From Oscillospiraceae bacterium (GTDB lineage Bacteria; Bacillota; Clostridia; UMGS1840), in assembly GCA_015068645.1 (NCBI GenBank), contig SVKD01000006.1, positions 61,265 through 125,264 on the forward strand: 64,000 nucleotides of DNA, given 5' to 3'. The position numbers and the translations under genes are program-made. Of the stretch, positions 28,369 through 37,760 are shown one piece after another. The notes under the pieces are model-generated. The model saw only the letters and a program-made list of their open reading frames with translations, was not told the DNA's origin and searched no databases. The first letter of the stretch is position 1; each line of letters opens with the position of its first letter.

Positions 28369-30572
28369 CTTTCTTGGGATTCTGTTTGGTTCGAATCAGG
28401 ATAAGTGAATTCTACTGTAATTTCTGATCCGATGGTTGCGTATTTACCCGCTTCAATACTTTGAGTGCTTGCCACAGCATCCTGGGTGGTGTTGGTGATG
28501 CCAACACCGTGGAGCTGGAATTTTGCTTTTTCCAGAATGGATTTTGTTTCTTCGAAACTCTTTCCGATAACATCAGGTACTTCTGCTGTGTTGGAAGGTT
28601 TTGCATCTCCTGTGTATACCAGCACAGTTCCGTTTTGCGCGATGATAACATTGGCTTCCGGAATCTGAGTGGATACCTCATCACCATCTCCTTCCACCAC
28701 GCAGCGAAGACCGCTCTGGGAAAGGATTTGTCTTGCTTCGGTAATGCTTTTGCCGGTTACATCGGGGACTGTTACGTCGCCGTCAGAACTCTGTCCGTCC
28801 GGCAGAAGGGGATCTACATCCATGTATCGAAGCACGTCGTCTAAGATTTTACCTGCCAGAGGAGAAGCAATGGTTCCGCCCATATGGTTTCCTGCCGGAG
28901 GTTCGTCTAAAATAATCAAAATAGCAACCTGGGGGTCGTTTGCCGGTGCAATTCCGACAAAGGATGCAACATATTTCTGGCTTCCGCGGGGAAGCTTTTC
29001 GCTGGTACCGGTTTTTCCGCCTACACGGAACCCTTCCAGATGGGCTTTGTTACCAGTACCTTCGGATACAACTTTTTCCATTAATTCTCTCATAATCTGA
29101 GAAGTCTGTGAGGAAATTACCTGACGTACCTCCACAGTGTCAAAACTTTCTAAAACGGTTCCGTTAGAGGAGGTGATTTCCTTGATTAAATGTGGCTTTA
29201 CCAAAACTCCGTCATTGGCAACGGCGCTGACAGCAGTAATCATCTGTAAGGGGGTGACTGTGGGGCCCTGACCGAAAGAGGCAGTTGCAAGTTCCACTTC
29301 GTTGAAACTGCCTTCGGGATAGAACAGACCATTAGTTTCCCCATGAAGTTCGATGCCTGTTTTCTGGGTGAAACCGAAGCCTTTATAGTAATTATAGAAT
29401 TTGGTTTGACCGATTCTGGCACCGATTTGCATAAATGCAGGGTTACAGGAATTTTCCAGAGCGCCGGTTAAATCCAAAGTTCCGTGGCCTGCACCTTTCC
29501 AACAGCCGATGTGTTCTTTTGCAACCTGCTGGCTACCGGTGCAGACGAAAGAATCCTGCATAGAAACTACGTTTTCTTCCAATGCCATTGCAGAGGTGAT
29601 AATTTTGAATGTGGAACCGGGTTCATAACTGTCTACAACTGCTTTGTTACGCCAAAGTTTGTTTAAATATTCGTTGGTAGCTTTGTTCTTTTCTTCATCG
29701 GTTTCCAATTCTTCGAGGGCTTCTTTTACTGAATCGTCAGTCACCTGGAAGGGAGCATTCAGATCGAAGTCCGGTTTTGTGGACATTGCCAGAATTTCAC
29801 CGGATTTTACATCCATAATGATACCTGCAGCACCTTCTCCCAGTTCCAGATCTGTAACGGCTTGTTCTAAATGCTTTTCCAAAAAATGCTGAATAGAAAC
29901 GTCGATGGTAAGTGTGATATCTGCTCCGTCTTCCGGGGTGTAGTAACGGTCATATTTGTAAGGCATTTCAGTACCGTCTGCATTTCTTGCGGTAACAATT
30001 CTGCCGTATTGACCTTTTAGTTTGTTATCGTAAATTTGTTCAATCCCAAGCAAGCCCTGATTATCAGCACCGGTAAAACCGATGATGTGGGAGGCAATGT
30101 TGTTGTAAGGATAATAACGCTTGGTATCGGCATCCAGATAAACGCCGGTCAGCTTTGCATCGCGGATAGCATCTGCCTGTTCCTTTTCCACCTTGCGTTT
30201 AATCAGCACATAGGAGGTGTTCTGGTCAATTTTATCTAAAATGTCCGATTTGTCCATTTCTAAAATTGCAGAGAGGGTATCTGCACAAAGTTCCCGTTCG
30301 TTTGCTTTGCGGACGGTCACAGGGGAGATACTTACGGTTTCCACATCTGCACTGACAGCAAGCTGTTTGCCGTTACGGTCGTAAATCGTGCCACGCTTCG
30401 CATTGATCATACGGTCACGGGTTTGTTGCTCGATAGCTTCTCTGGAGAGCTTTTCGCCATCAATGAACTGAATGATGGAAATTCTTACCACAAAGAAAAG
30501 AAAGCATACCAGTAGTACGCCAAATATCCATAAGATTCTTTTTTGGATTTTTAAATTGCTGTTCTTCTTCAT
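28365..30572 (-). CDS. Class B penicillin-binding protein (SpoVD/PBP2B-type transpeptidase) with two C-terminal PASTA domains
   Basis: STFK, SCN and KTGT motifs, plus two PASTA-like repeats at the C-terminus. Start at the internal MKKNSNLK follows AAGGAG. Confidence 0.9.
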   Translation of the reverse strand: MKKNSNLKIQKRILWIFGVLLVCFLFFVVRISIIQFIDGEKLSREAIEQQTRDRMINAKRGTIYDRNGKQLAVSADVETVSISPVTVRKANERELCADTLSAILEMDKSDILDKIDQNTSYVLIKRKVEKEQADAIRDAKLTGVYLDADTKRYYPYNNIASHIIGFTGADNQGLLGIEQIYDNKLKGQYGRIVTARNADGTEMPYKYDRYYTPEDGADITLTIDVSIQHFLEKHLEQAVTDLELGEGAAGIIMDVKSGEILAMSTKPDFDLNAPFQVTDDSVKEALEELETDEEKNKATNEYLNKLWRNKAVVDSYEPGSTFKIITSAMALEENVVSMQDSFVCTGSQQVAKEHIGCWKGAGHGTLDLTGALENSCNPAFMQIGARIGQTKFYNYYKGFGFTQKTGIELHGETNGLFYPEGSFNEVELATASFGQGPTVTPLQMITAVSAVANDGVLVKPHLIKEITSSNGTVLESFDTVEVRQVISSQTSQIMRELMEKVVSEGTGNKAHLEGFRVGGKTGTSEKLPRGSQKYVASFVGIAPANDPQVAILIILDEPPAGNHMGGTIASPLAGKILDDVLRYMDVDPLLPDGQSSDGDVTVPDVTGKSITEARQILSQSGLRCVVEGDGDEVSTQIPEANVIIAQNGTVLVYTGDAKPSNTAEVPDVIGKSFEETKSILEKAKFQLHGVGITNTTQDAVASTQSIEAGKYATIGSEITVEFTYPDSNQTESQER

Positions 30573-30658
30573 GTGGGAGACTCCTTTTTTTGGAAAACCA
30601 AAGGGGGAATATATGCAAAATTGAGGAATGAACTCATCCCTCAATTTATCATATTAGC

Positions 30659-31126
30659 TTATTCGTCCAAATATGCTATCATACCGTTTTGTATGCCGAA
30701 ATTATCATCAGATGAATCGGAAGTGTCGGTGGCTTTTGCCATAACTCCGTAGTCCTGGTCTGGCACATCGATATACACAATTTGTTCGCTTCTTGCGCGG
30801 TTCATACCGTAGCTTGCAATGGCAAGTTCTTCCACGGTTTTTAAATCCATCTTCTGGTTAATTTCCACTTCTTTTTTCTTGTTTGCGGAATACAACTCTG
30901 CATACTCTGCTTTTAATGCCGTATTCTTTTTGCTTTGTTCGGTAATCTGCGCATTGTTGAAAATCAAGGAAATACCGCCCACGATAAAGCAAATGATAAA
31001 GAGAGTAACTTTTAATTGAGAACGTTTCTTTTCTTTTGCACGTCTTTTTTCAGCGATCGGACGAAAGTCATGGGTAATGGCTTTGTCCCGTTGTTTGTGT
31101 TCGTAGGCAAGATTGTCAAACGTCAT
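30659..31126 (-). CDS. ftsL: FtsL-like division protein (single TM helix plus coiled coil)
   Basis: Topology, and position between rsmH and the PBP gene. Confidence 0.65.
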   Translation of the reverse strand: MTFDNLAYEHKQRDKAITHDFRPIAEKRRAKEKKRSQLKVTLFIICFIVGGISLIFNNAQITEQSKKNTALKAEYAELYSANKKKEVEINQKMDLKTVEELAIASYGMNRARSEQIVYIDVPDQDYGVMAKATDTSDSSDDNFGIQNGMIAYLDE

Positions 31127-31171
31127 GATGCGGCTCCTTTCTTTATAATATATAATAGGAAAAGAAAATCC

Positions 31172-32107
31172 CTAAAGTTTTTCGATAATTCTTAGTTTTG
31201 CGGATTTGCTTCTTGGATTTTGTTCCAGTTCTTCGGGTGAGGGAAGAATCGGTTTTCTTGTGATGATTTTTGCCATAGGCTTTTTACCGCACACGCACAC
31301 CGGAAATTCAGGAGGACAGGTGCAAACGTTCACAAGACTTTTAAAATATTCTTTTACGATTCTGTCTTCTAAGGAGTGAAATGTGATGATGCACATTCTT
31401 CCGCCGGGATTTAACAGTTTGAAAAAACTCTCAAGCCCTTGTTTTAGGGATTCCAGCTCACCGTTTACTTCAATACGGATTGCTTGAAAGGTTCGTTTGG
31501 CGGGATGTTTTTCCCGAAGACTTTTTGCCGGCATGGAGCGACGGATAATTTCAATCAGCTCTCCGGTAGTCTCGATTTCTTTGATTTCTCGTTGTTTTAC
31601 AATGTTTTTTGCGATGCTTGCGGCAAATTTTTCTTCGCCGTATGTGGAGATGATGTTGGCAAGCTGCTGGAAAGAATAGGTGTTTACCACGGTTTTAGCG
31701 GAAAACGGGGAGGTCTGATCCATTCGCATATCCAAGGGAGCATCTTCCCGGTAGGAAAAGCCACGGTCCTTGTTGTCCAGCTGATAGGAGGAAACTCCTA
31801 AGTCGGCTAAAATGCCATCCACAGGAGTGCAAACATAATCGCTGATATTTCGAAAGTCGGAACGGATGAATTGTTTTTTGCACTTGGTATCAGCCAAACG
31901 ATTTGTTGCAACAGCAAAGGCTTCTTCGTCTCTGTCCACCCCGATGAACATTCCGTTTTCGGAGAGGTGTTCGCATATTTTTCGGGAGTGACCTGCACCG
32001 CCCATTGTAGCATCTACGTAAGTACCGTCTTGGGTGATTGCCAGCCCGTCGATACATTCTTGGAGTAACACGCTTACATGTTTGAATTCCATCATCTTAA
32101 ATTCCAA
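31172..32107 (-). CDS. rsmH: 16S rRNA (cytosine1402-N4)-methyltransferase
   Basis: HVSVLLQE, DATMGGAGHS and DLGVSSYQLD motifs. Confidence 0.95.
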   Translation of the reverse strand: MEFKMMEFKHVSVLLQECIDGLAITQDGTYVDATMGGAGHSRKICEHLSENGMFIGVDRDEEAFAVATNRLADTKCKKQFIRSDFRNISDYVCTPVDGILADLGVSSYQLDNKDRGFSYREDAPLDMRMDQTSPFSAKTVVNTYSFQQLANIISTYGEEKFAASIAKNIVKQREIKEIETTGELIEIIRRSMPAKSLREKHPAKRTFQAIRIEVNGELESLKQGLESFFKLLNPGGRMCIITFHSLEDRIVKEYFKSLVNVCTCPPEFPVCVCGKKPMAKIITRKPILPSPEELEQNPRSKSAKLRIIEKL

Positions 32108-32525
32108 ATATATTCAAAATTTCAGAAAGCTTCTGAGGTTCGTCCTCGGTCTGCTTTTCATATTTTTCGTATTCTTCAACATCCCAGATTTCAATTCTGG
32201 AGGAAGCACCTGCGATAATAATATCTTTGTTTAATCCTGCAAATTCCCGAAGACCGGGCGGAATTACAAATCTGCCTTGCTTATCTGCGGTAACCAGCTC
32301 AGTGTAGTTAAAGATGTATCGCTGAAGTCTGCCGCCATCGTTGGAGATGGGAAGTGCTTTAATTTTTGCTTCCAGTTCTTTGTAGTCTTCCTGGGTGTAA
32401 ACAAACAGGCATTTTTCAAAGCCGCGAAGCACGAAAAAACTTTCACCCAAATTCTCACGGTATTTGGATGGAAGTATTACTCTGCCTTTGGCATCTATGG
32501 AATGTTTCGCCTGACCGTAAAACAT
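32097..32525 (-). CDS. mraZ: Transcriptional regulator MraZ
   Basis: Two SpoVT-AbrB repeats: DAKGRVILPSKYRE and DKQGRFVIPPGLRE. Confidence 0.95.
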   Translation of the reverse strand: MFYGQAKHSIDAKGRVILPSKYRENLGESFFVLRGFEKCLFVYTQEDYKELEAKIKALPISNDGGRLQRYIFNYTELVTADKQGRFVIPPGLREFAGLNKDIIIAGASSRIEIWDVEEYEKYEKQTEDEPQKLSEILNIFGI

Positions 32526-32609
32526 ACCCGAAATGTACCCTTTCTGTAAGCATTATGGGGAAAGTGTTGCCGATTCCACCCAAAAATGGGATTTTTGCTT
32601 CGATTTACA

Positions 32610-32646
32610 CCACTTTATGGGCAAACGTGCCACTTTCATCCACTTT
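32610..32646 (-). promoter_or_regulatory. Three phased AAAGTGG boxes (candidate MraZ operator)
   Basis: CCACTTT on the plus strand at 32610, 32630 and 32640 (spacings of 20 and 10 nt), immediately downstream of the predicted -10 element. Confidence 0.6.
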
Positions 32647-32653
32647 TATATAC

Positions 32654-32681
32654 ATTTTAACATATTTTTGAAAAAAATCAA
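32654..32681 (-). promoter_or_regulatory. Extended -10 promoter of the dcw operon (Pmra)
   Basis: On the minus strand: TTGATT, 16-nt spacer, TGTTAAAAT. Confidence 0.55.
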
Positions 32682-32929
32682 GTGTTTTTTGAAAATTTTT
32701 CAACTTTTTTTAAAAAATTTTAAAAGGGATAGGTCGGACGGCCAAAAATGTGGAAAATTCAGGGAATTTCTTGGGAAACAGCGATAAATTTCAGGATGAA
32801 AACTGAGGAGGAAAAAAGCATAGAAAAACAAAGTGGAACACAAGGTGGTGTAAATGCCCCAAAAACGCCAAGGATTTTTCAGGTTTTTCGTTTCTGAAAT
32901 AAAAATTTTAAAAAAATTAAAAAAAGGTA

Positions 32930-32958
32930 TTGACAAAATGAAATTCATTTGATATAAT
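32930..32958 (+). promoter_or_regulatory. Sigma-A consensus promoter of tRNA-Val
   Basis: TTGACA (32930-32935), 17-nt spacer, TATAAT (32953-32958). Confidence 0.75.
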
Positions 32959-32990
32959 AGCCCTTGCTTGATGAGAGCAAACAAGAATTT

Positions 32991-33066
32991 GGGAGCATAG
33001 CTCAGCTGGGAGAGCATCTGCCTTACAAGCAGAGGGTCATAGGTTCGAGCCCTATTGTTCCCACCA
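32991..33066 (+). tRNA. tRNA-Val (anticodon UAC) with encoded CCA
   Basis: Cloverleaf GGGAGCA/TGTTCCC acceptor stem, anticodon loop CTTACAA, T-arm GGTTCGAGCCC, terminal CCA. Confidence 0.93.
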
Positions 33067-33216
33067 TTATGAAAAATCCTGTCGAGAGATGGGATTTTTT
33101 GTTTTACACGCCATTTTCAGCTTTATTTTTTAATGTGTTTTGTTTGTTTCAGGAACATTTTTCCATATCTTTTGTCCAAACAAATAATCAAATGCTATGA
33201 ATAGGAGAGATATCTT

Positions 33217-33882
33217 ATGAAAACCAAATTTCGTGTATCATCACTTTGTTTGTTGTTGGCGATGGTGACTGTGGTATCAGTTTTTCTTACTTCTTGCAGA
33301 AATGATACCTGCGATCATTCCGGAGATATCCGCAGTGATAAACCTGTGATATATTTGTATCCTGAAGAACCCACCGAGGTGGATGTGACCCTTACCTTAA
33401 ATGGGGAACTGACCTGTACATATCCTGCTTATCAGGATGGCTGGACGGTTCATGCAATGCCAGACGGTACTTTAACGGATGCAAACGGACAGATTTATAA
33501 TTATCTGTATTGGGAAGGCGAAACCTATTCGGAATATGACTTTTCCAAAGGTTTTTGCGTAAAAGGAGAAGATACCGCAGCATTTTTGGAAGATGCACTT
33601 GCTAAACTGGGGTTAAATCGCAGAGAAGCAAATGAGTTTATTGTATACTGGTTGCCTTTGATGCAGGAAAATGCGTATAACGTGATTTCTTTCCAGGGAG
33701 CGGCTTATACCGATGATGCAAAACTGGATGTTTCCCCTGCGCCTGATACGGTAATCCGTGTGTTTATGGCATATCAGCCTTCTTTGGAATATGTAGAAAT
33801 GCAAGCACAAGAGTTAACTGCTCCCGTTCGTGAAGGATTCACGGTTGTGGAATGGGGCGGCTCCGAAGTTGTTGGTTCATGA
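33217..33882 (+). CDS. Putative lipoprotein of unknown function (KPVIYLYPE family)
   Basis: Signal peptide ending LTSC (lipobox). 221 aa. Followed by a terminator. Confidence 0.55.
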   Translation: MKTKFRVSSLCLLLAMVTVVSVFLTSCRNDTCDHSGDIRSDKPVIYLYPEEPTEVDVTLTLNGELTCTYPAYQDGWTVHAMPDGTLTDANGQIYNYLYWEGETYSEYDFSKGFCVKGEDTAAFLEDALAKLGLNRREANEFIVYWLPLMQENAYNVISFQGAAYTDDAKLDVSPAPDTVIRVFMAYQPSLEYVEMQAQELTAPVREGFTVVEWGGSEVVGS

Positions 33883-33886
33883 TATC

Positions 33887-33917
33887 TAAAAAAAGACACC
33901 GCAAGGTGTCTTTTTTG
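33887..33917 (+). terminator. Intrinsic terminator
   Basis: AGACACC-GCAA-GGTGTCT followed by a T-run. Confidence 0.85.
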
Positions 33918-33931
33918 TTTCGAAAATTATC

Positions 33932-33960
33932 TTGCATCTTGTAAAAAGATGTGCTATAAT
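33932..33960 (+). promoter_or_regulatory. Sigma-A promoter of malQ
   Basis: TTGCAT, 17-nt spacer, TATAAT. Confidence 0.65.
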
Positions 33961-33993
33961 ACGCTTATCTTATTTTTAAAGGAAACATTTTAA

Positions 33994-35421
33994 ATGGACA
34001 GAAAAAGCGGAGTTTTAATGCATATTTCTTCTCTTCCCGGGGAATATTCAATCGGTTCTTTCGGAGAAGAAGCAAAGCAGTTTATTGATTTTTTAAAGGA
34101 AGCGGGATTTACTTACTGGCAGGTGCTTCCCTTTTGTATGGCGGATGCCTATAATTCGCCTTATCAATCCTATTCTGCATTTGGCGGAAATCCCTATTTT
34201 GTGGACCTGAATTCTTTGGAAAAGAAGGGACTTCTTACCAAAGTTGAGTTGGAAAACGCCAAACAAAAAACGCCTTATGTGGCAGAATATAAACGGCTGT
34301 GGGAAGAACGGTTTTTGCTCTTGAAAAAAGCATCTTCCCGAGTAGCAGACAAAACGGAAATAGAAAATTTCATTTCCAAAAATAAACATCTGGAAGCGTT
34401 TTGCTGTTTTATGGCACTAAAAGAAGCCAACAACCATTTGCCCTGGAATGAATGGAAAACCCAAGTATATGACAAAGACATTTGTTTCGCCTGGCAGATG
34501 ATTCAGTATGAATTTTTCACTCAGTGGCAGGATATTAAAATGTATGCCAATGAAAAGGGCATCAAAATCATTGGAGATATTCCCATTTATGTTTCTTACG
34601 ACAGTTGTGACGTGTGGGATAATCGCAGTCAGTTTCAGTTGTCTGAAGACGGAATCCCCTCTAAAGTGGCAGGAGTTCCGCCTGATTATTTCAGTGCAGA
34701 CGGTCAGCTTTGGGGAAATCCTTTGTATGACTGGGATGTGATGAAAGAAGATCACTACCAATGGTGGTGTGACCGAATTTCTCATATGGCAACTTTGTTT
34801 GACGCCATCCGCATTGACCATTTTCGTGCCTTTGAATCCTATTGGGCGGTTCCCTTTGGTGCCAAAACCGCTAAAGAGGGGAGCTGGCAGGACGGTCCCC
34901 GTATGGACTTTATCCGTACTGTTCGGGATGCGGCAGGAGATTGTCAGATTATTGCAGAAGATCTGGGGGATATCACTCCCGAAGTGCATCAGTTGGTGAA
35001 AGACAGCACTTTCCCCGGTATGCGAGTGTTCCAATTTGGATTCTTATCCGAAGGAGACAGTTTACATAAACCCCATCATTACCCCAAAAATTCGGTTGCC
35101 TATACAGGTACCCACGATAATAACACATTGCTGGGTTATTTGTGGGAATTGCCAATGCATTTAAAAGAAGAAATGCTTTCTTATTGCGGTCACGAGGGGG
35201 ACTGGGGTGCAGGTTGCAAAAGCATGATTCGTACTGTGCTTGCAAGCCATGCAGACTGGGCAATTCTGCCCATTCAAGACTTATTGGGATACGGTTCGGA
35301 TACTCGTCTCAATACTCCCGGAAAAGCCGACGGAAACTGGCAATTCCGCATCACAAAAGAACAACTTGATTCTATTGACAAATCCTATTGGAAAACCTTG
35401 AATAAACGCTACGCAAGATAA
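33994..35421 (+). CDS. malQ: 4-alpha-glucanotransferase (amylomaltase, GH77)
   Basis: RKSGVLMHISSLPG N-terminus, IIGDIPIYV, RIDHFRAF, IAEDLG and YTGTHDN motifs. Confidence 0.93.
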   Translation: MDRKSGVLMHISSLPGEYSIGSFGEEAKQFIDFLKEAGFTYWQVLPFCMADAYNSPYQSYSAFGGNPYFVDLNSLEKKGLLTKVELENAKQKTPYVAEYKRLWEERFLLLKKASSRVADKTEIENFISKNKHLEAFCCFMALKEANNHLPWNEWKTQVYDKDICFAWQMIQYEFFTQWQDIKMYANEKGIKIIGDIPIYVSYDSCDVWDNRSQFQLSEDGIPSKVAGVPPDYFSADGQLWGNPLYDWDVMKEDHYQWWCDRISHMATLFDAIRIDHFRAFESYWAVPFGAKTAKEGSWQDGPRMDFIRTVRDAAGDCQIIAEDLGDITPEVHQLVKDSTFPGMRVFQFGFLSEGDSLHKPHHYPKNSVAYTGTHDNNTLLGYLWELPMHLKEEMLSYCGHEGDWGAGCKSMIRTVLASHADWAILPIQDLLGYGSDTRLNTPGKADGNWQFRITKEQLDSIDKSYWKTLNKRYAR

Positions 35422-35427
35422 CAAAAA

Positions 35428-35453
35428 AGCTGACTTTCGTCAGCTTTTTTTTC
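35428..35453. terminator. Bidirectional terminator. The LysR stop codon lies inside the hairpin.
   Basis: AGCTGAC-TTTC-GTCAGCT followed by T8. Confidence 0.8.
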
Positions 35454-36321
35454 GTATCAGTTCCAAAAAGGCTTGTGCGGCGTGGGAGAGGGGATTGTGT
35501 TTGAGATAAGCACAACCGATGGAGCGTTCTTTTAAGGGTGGTTCCACATTCAACACTTTGACGGAGCCGTTTTGGATGCTTTCTTCGGAAAATTCTTTCA
35601 CCACACAGGAAACCCCTAAATGAATGGAAGCAAATCGAATCAGTAAATCGTGTACCGCAATTTCGATTTTTGGGGACAGGGGAACTTTTGATTTTTTGAA
35701 TTCTTTTTCCACAAATTTTCGGGAGGTGGAGTTAGGTTCCAACAAAATTAACGGCTGTTCTGCCAGTTCTTTCCAGGAGTATGATTCCTTTTTGGGAAAA
35801 TCGGGACCGCAGACAAACACGTCGTGAACGGTAAGACAAGGTTCCACGCTTAATTCTTCATCAGAAATTGGCAGATTGACAAAGGCAAGTTCTGCCTTTC
35901 CTTCTTTTACATACTGCACTAATTTTGCAGAATAAGAATTGGTCATTTCGATACGGATATCGGGATAAAGAGTATGAAATTTTTCTAAATAGGGCAATAA
36001 ATAATGTGTGGTAACTGTGTCACCTGCGGCAATCATCAAAGAACCTGCATGCAGATGATGAAGCTGAGCCAAAAGCGTTTCTCCCTGGGTGATGGAGGAA
36101 AGTGCATTATCTACCTTGGGTAACAACAATTTTCCCTCACGGGTTAAGGTGACACCTCTTCTGGAACGGACAAACAGTTGGGTGTTTAAATCGCTTTCCA
36201 ACTGTTGAATACATTGGGAAATGGCAGACTGAGACACAAACAGTTTTTCTGCTGCCGTGGAAAAAGAGCCGTGATGTGCCACTTCTGAGAAGACGCGATA
36301 ATAATCAAGTTTGGTATTCAT
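35440..36321 (-). CDS. LysR-family transcriptional regulator
   Basis: HTH FSTAAEKLFVSQSAISQCIQQLE. Start at the internal MNTKLDYYRVF follows AAGAGGTG. Confidence 0.9.
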   Translation of the reverse strand: MNTKLDYYRVFSEVAHHGSFSTAAEKLFVSQSAISQCIQQLESDLNTQLFVRSRRGVTLTREGKLLLPKVDNALSSITQGETLLAQLHHLHAGSLMIAAGDTVTTHYLLPYLEKFHTLYPDIRIEMTNSYSAKLVQYVKEGKAELAFVNLPISDEELSVEPCLTVHDVFVCGPDFPKKESYSWKELAEQPLILLEPNSTSRKFVEKEFKKSKVPLSPKIEIAVHDLLIRFASIHLGVSCVVKEFSEESIQNGSVKVLNVEPPLKERSIGCAYLKHNPLSHAAQAFLELIRKKS

Positions 36322-36455
36322 ATATAAGCACCTCTTATCACTGATGTAAGAATTATCTGCTTTACTAATGGAATCATTTGTATTATAATAAAGATAGTGA
36401 AAAATGTCAAGTATGTTTTTTAAATACAAAACAGACAACAGTTAGGAGAATTGTT

Positions 36456-37646
36456 ATGGAAAGAAAAGTCGGCACAGTATCTCGTGGGATTCGTTGTCCC
36501 ATTATCCGCGAAGGAGACGATATTGCATCCATCGTGGTAAACAGCGTAATTGAAGCGGCAGAGGCAGAAGGATTTGCTCTGCGTGACCGCGATGTTGTTG
36601 CGGTAACCGAATCTGTGGTAGCTCGTTCTCAGGGGAACTATGCTTCCGTTGATGCCATTGCAAAAGACGTGAAAAATAAATTAGGCGGCGAAACCATCGG
36701 GGTAATTTTCCCCATCTTAAGTCGTAACCGTTTTGCAATCTGCTTAAAAGGAATTGCAATGGGTGCAAAAAAAGTTGTATTGATGTTAAACTACCCCAGC
36801 GATGAAGTTGGTAACGCTTTGGTTTCCTTAGACCAGCTGGATGAAGCGGGCATCAATCCCTATACCGACGTGTTAAGCGAAGCAAAATACAGAGAACTCT
36901 TTGGTGAAAACCTGCATCCCTTTACCGGTGTGGATTACGTGAAATACTACGGTGACTTAATCCGTTCCGTTGGTGCAGAAGCTGAAATTGTTTTGGCAAA
37001 TGACCCCAGAGCCATCTTACAATATGCAGATTGCGTGTTAAACTGCGATATTCACAGCCGTGCACGTACCAAACGTATCTTAAAAGCAGCAGGTGCAAAA
37101 TGCGTGGTTGGTCTGGATGAAATCTTAACCGAAAGTGTGGATGGCAGCGGTTACAATGAAAACTACGGTCTGCTTGGCTCCAACAAATCCACCGAAGATA
37201 CCATCAAATTATTCCCCCATACCTGCTTTGATATGGTGGAAGGTATGCAGAAACAGTTCAAAGAACGTACCGGTAAAAACATTGAAGTAATGGTATATGG
37301 TGACGGTGCATTCAAAGACCCTGTTGGTCACATCTGGGAACTGGCTGACCCGGTTGTTTCTCCTGCATACACCAAAGGGTTGGAAGGCACTCCCAACGAA
37401 CTGAAATTAAAATATTTAGCAGATAACGATTTTGCAGATTTAAAAGGTGATGAGCTGAAAAAAGCCATCGAAAATGCAATCCGTCAGAAAGACAGTGATT
37501 TAGTTGGCAATATGGCTTCTCAGGGTACCACCCCGAGACGTCTGACCGACTTAATCGGTTCCTTGTGTGACTTAACCAGTGGTTCCGGAGACAAAGGTAC
37601 TCCTGTGATTTTGGTACAAGGTTACTTTGATAACTTAACCGACTAA
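36456..37646 (+). CDS. CofE-fold (F420-0:gamma-glutamyl ligase family, PF01996-like) protein of unknown function
   Basis: The N-terminal PIIREGDDIASIV...RDRDVVAVTESVVARSQG resembles the CofE ligase core. About 396 aa, longer than canonical CofE. ATG at 36456 follows TAGGAGA. Confidence 0.5.
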   Translation: MERKVGTVSRGIRCPIIREGDDIASIVVNSVIEAAEAEGFALRDRDVVAVTESVVARSQGNYASVDAIAKDVKNKLGGETIGVIFPILSRNRFAICLKGIAMGAKKVVLMLNYPSDEVGNALVSLDQLDEAGINPYTDVLSEAKYRELFGENLHPFTGVDYVKYYGDLIRSVGAEAEIVLANDPRAILQYADCVLNCDIHSRARTKRILKAAGAKCVVGLDEILTESVDGSGYNENYGLLGSNKSTEDTIKLFPHTCFDMVEGMQKQFKERTGKNIEVMVYGDGAFKDPVGHIWELADPVVSPAYTKGLEGTPNELKLKYLADNDFADLKGDELKKAIENAIRQKDSDLVGNMASQGTTPRRLTDLIGSLCDLTSGSGDKGTPVILVQGYFDNLTD

Positions 37647-37656
37647 TAGCTTGATA

Positions 37657-37760
37657 AAATGGCGCAGAGCAAGCAAACCTCATCGCTTGACGTACAATTT
37701 GTACGCCTTCGGATAACCACCCCGTTGGGTGTTCGGTTTGTTTCCTCTGCGCCATTTTCT
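37657..37760 (+). repeat. Long imperfect hairpin of the TACGCCTTCGG repeat family
   Basis: AAATGGCGCAGAGCAAGCAAACC pairs with GGTTTGTTTCCTCTGCGCCATTT. The loop carries GACGTAC..GTACGCCTTCGG. A partial second copy (GCAGAGCAAGCAAACCTCAT) is at 37788..37808. Confidence 0.75.

Noticed and set aside
32700-33017. A 105-aa minus-strand ORF spanning the tRNA-Val gene and its promoter.
   Set aside because: It overlaps a canonical tRNA and an AT-rich promoter region, it has no RBS, and its sequence is typical of translated intergenic A/T tracts.
34417-35034. Long antisense ORFs inside well-supported genes: 34417..35034 in malQ, 39289..39918 in the DUF3048 gene, 46951..47475 in the anti-sigma gene, 15530..15940 in hflX, and 61173..61688 in the giant gene.
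   Set aside because: Each lies fully within a confidently assigned gene on the opposite strand. None has an RBS, and their composition is low-complexity or codon-bias-driven.
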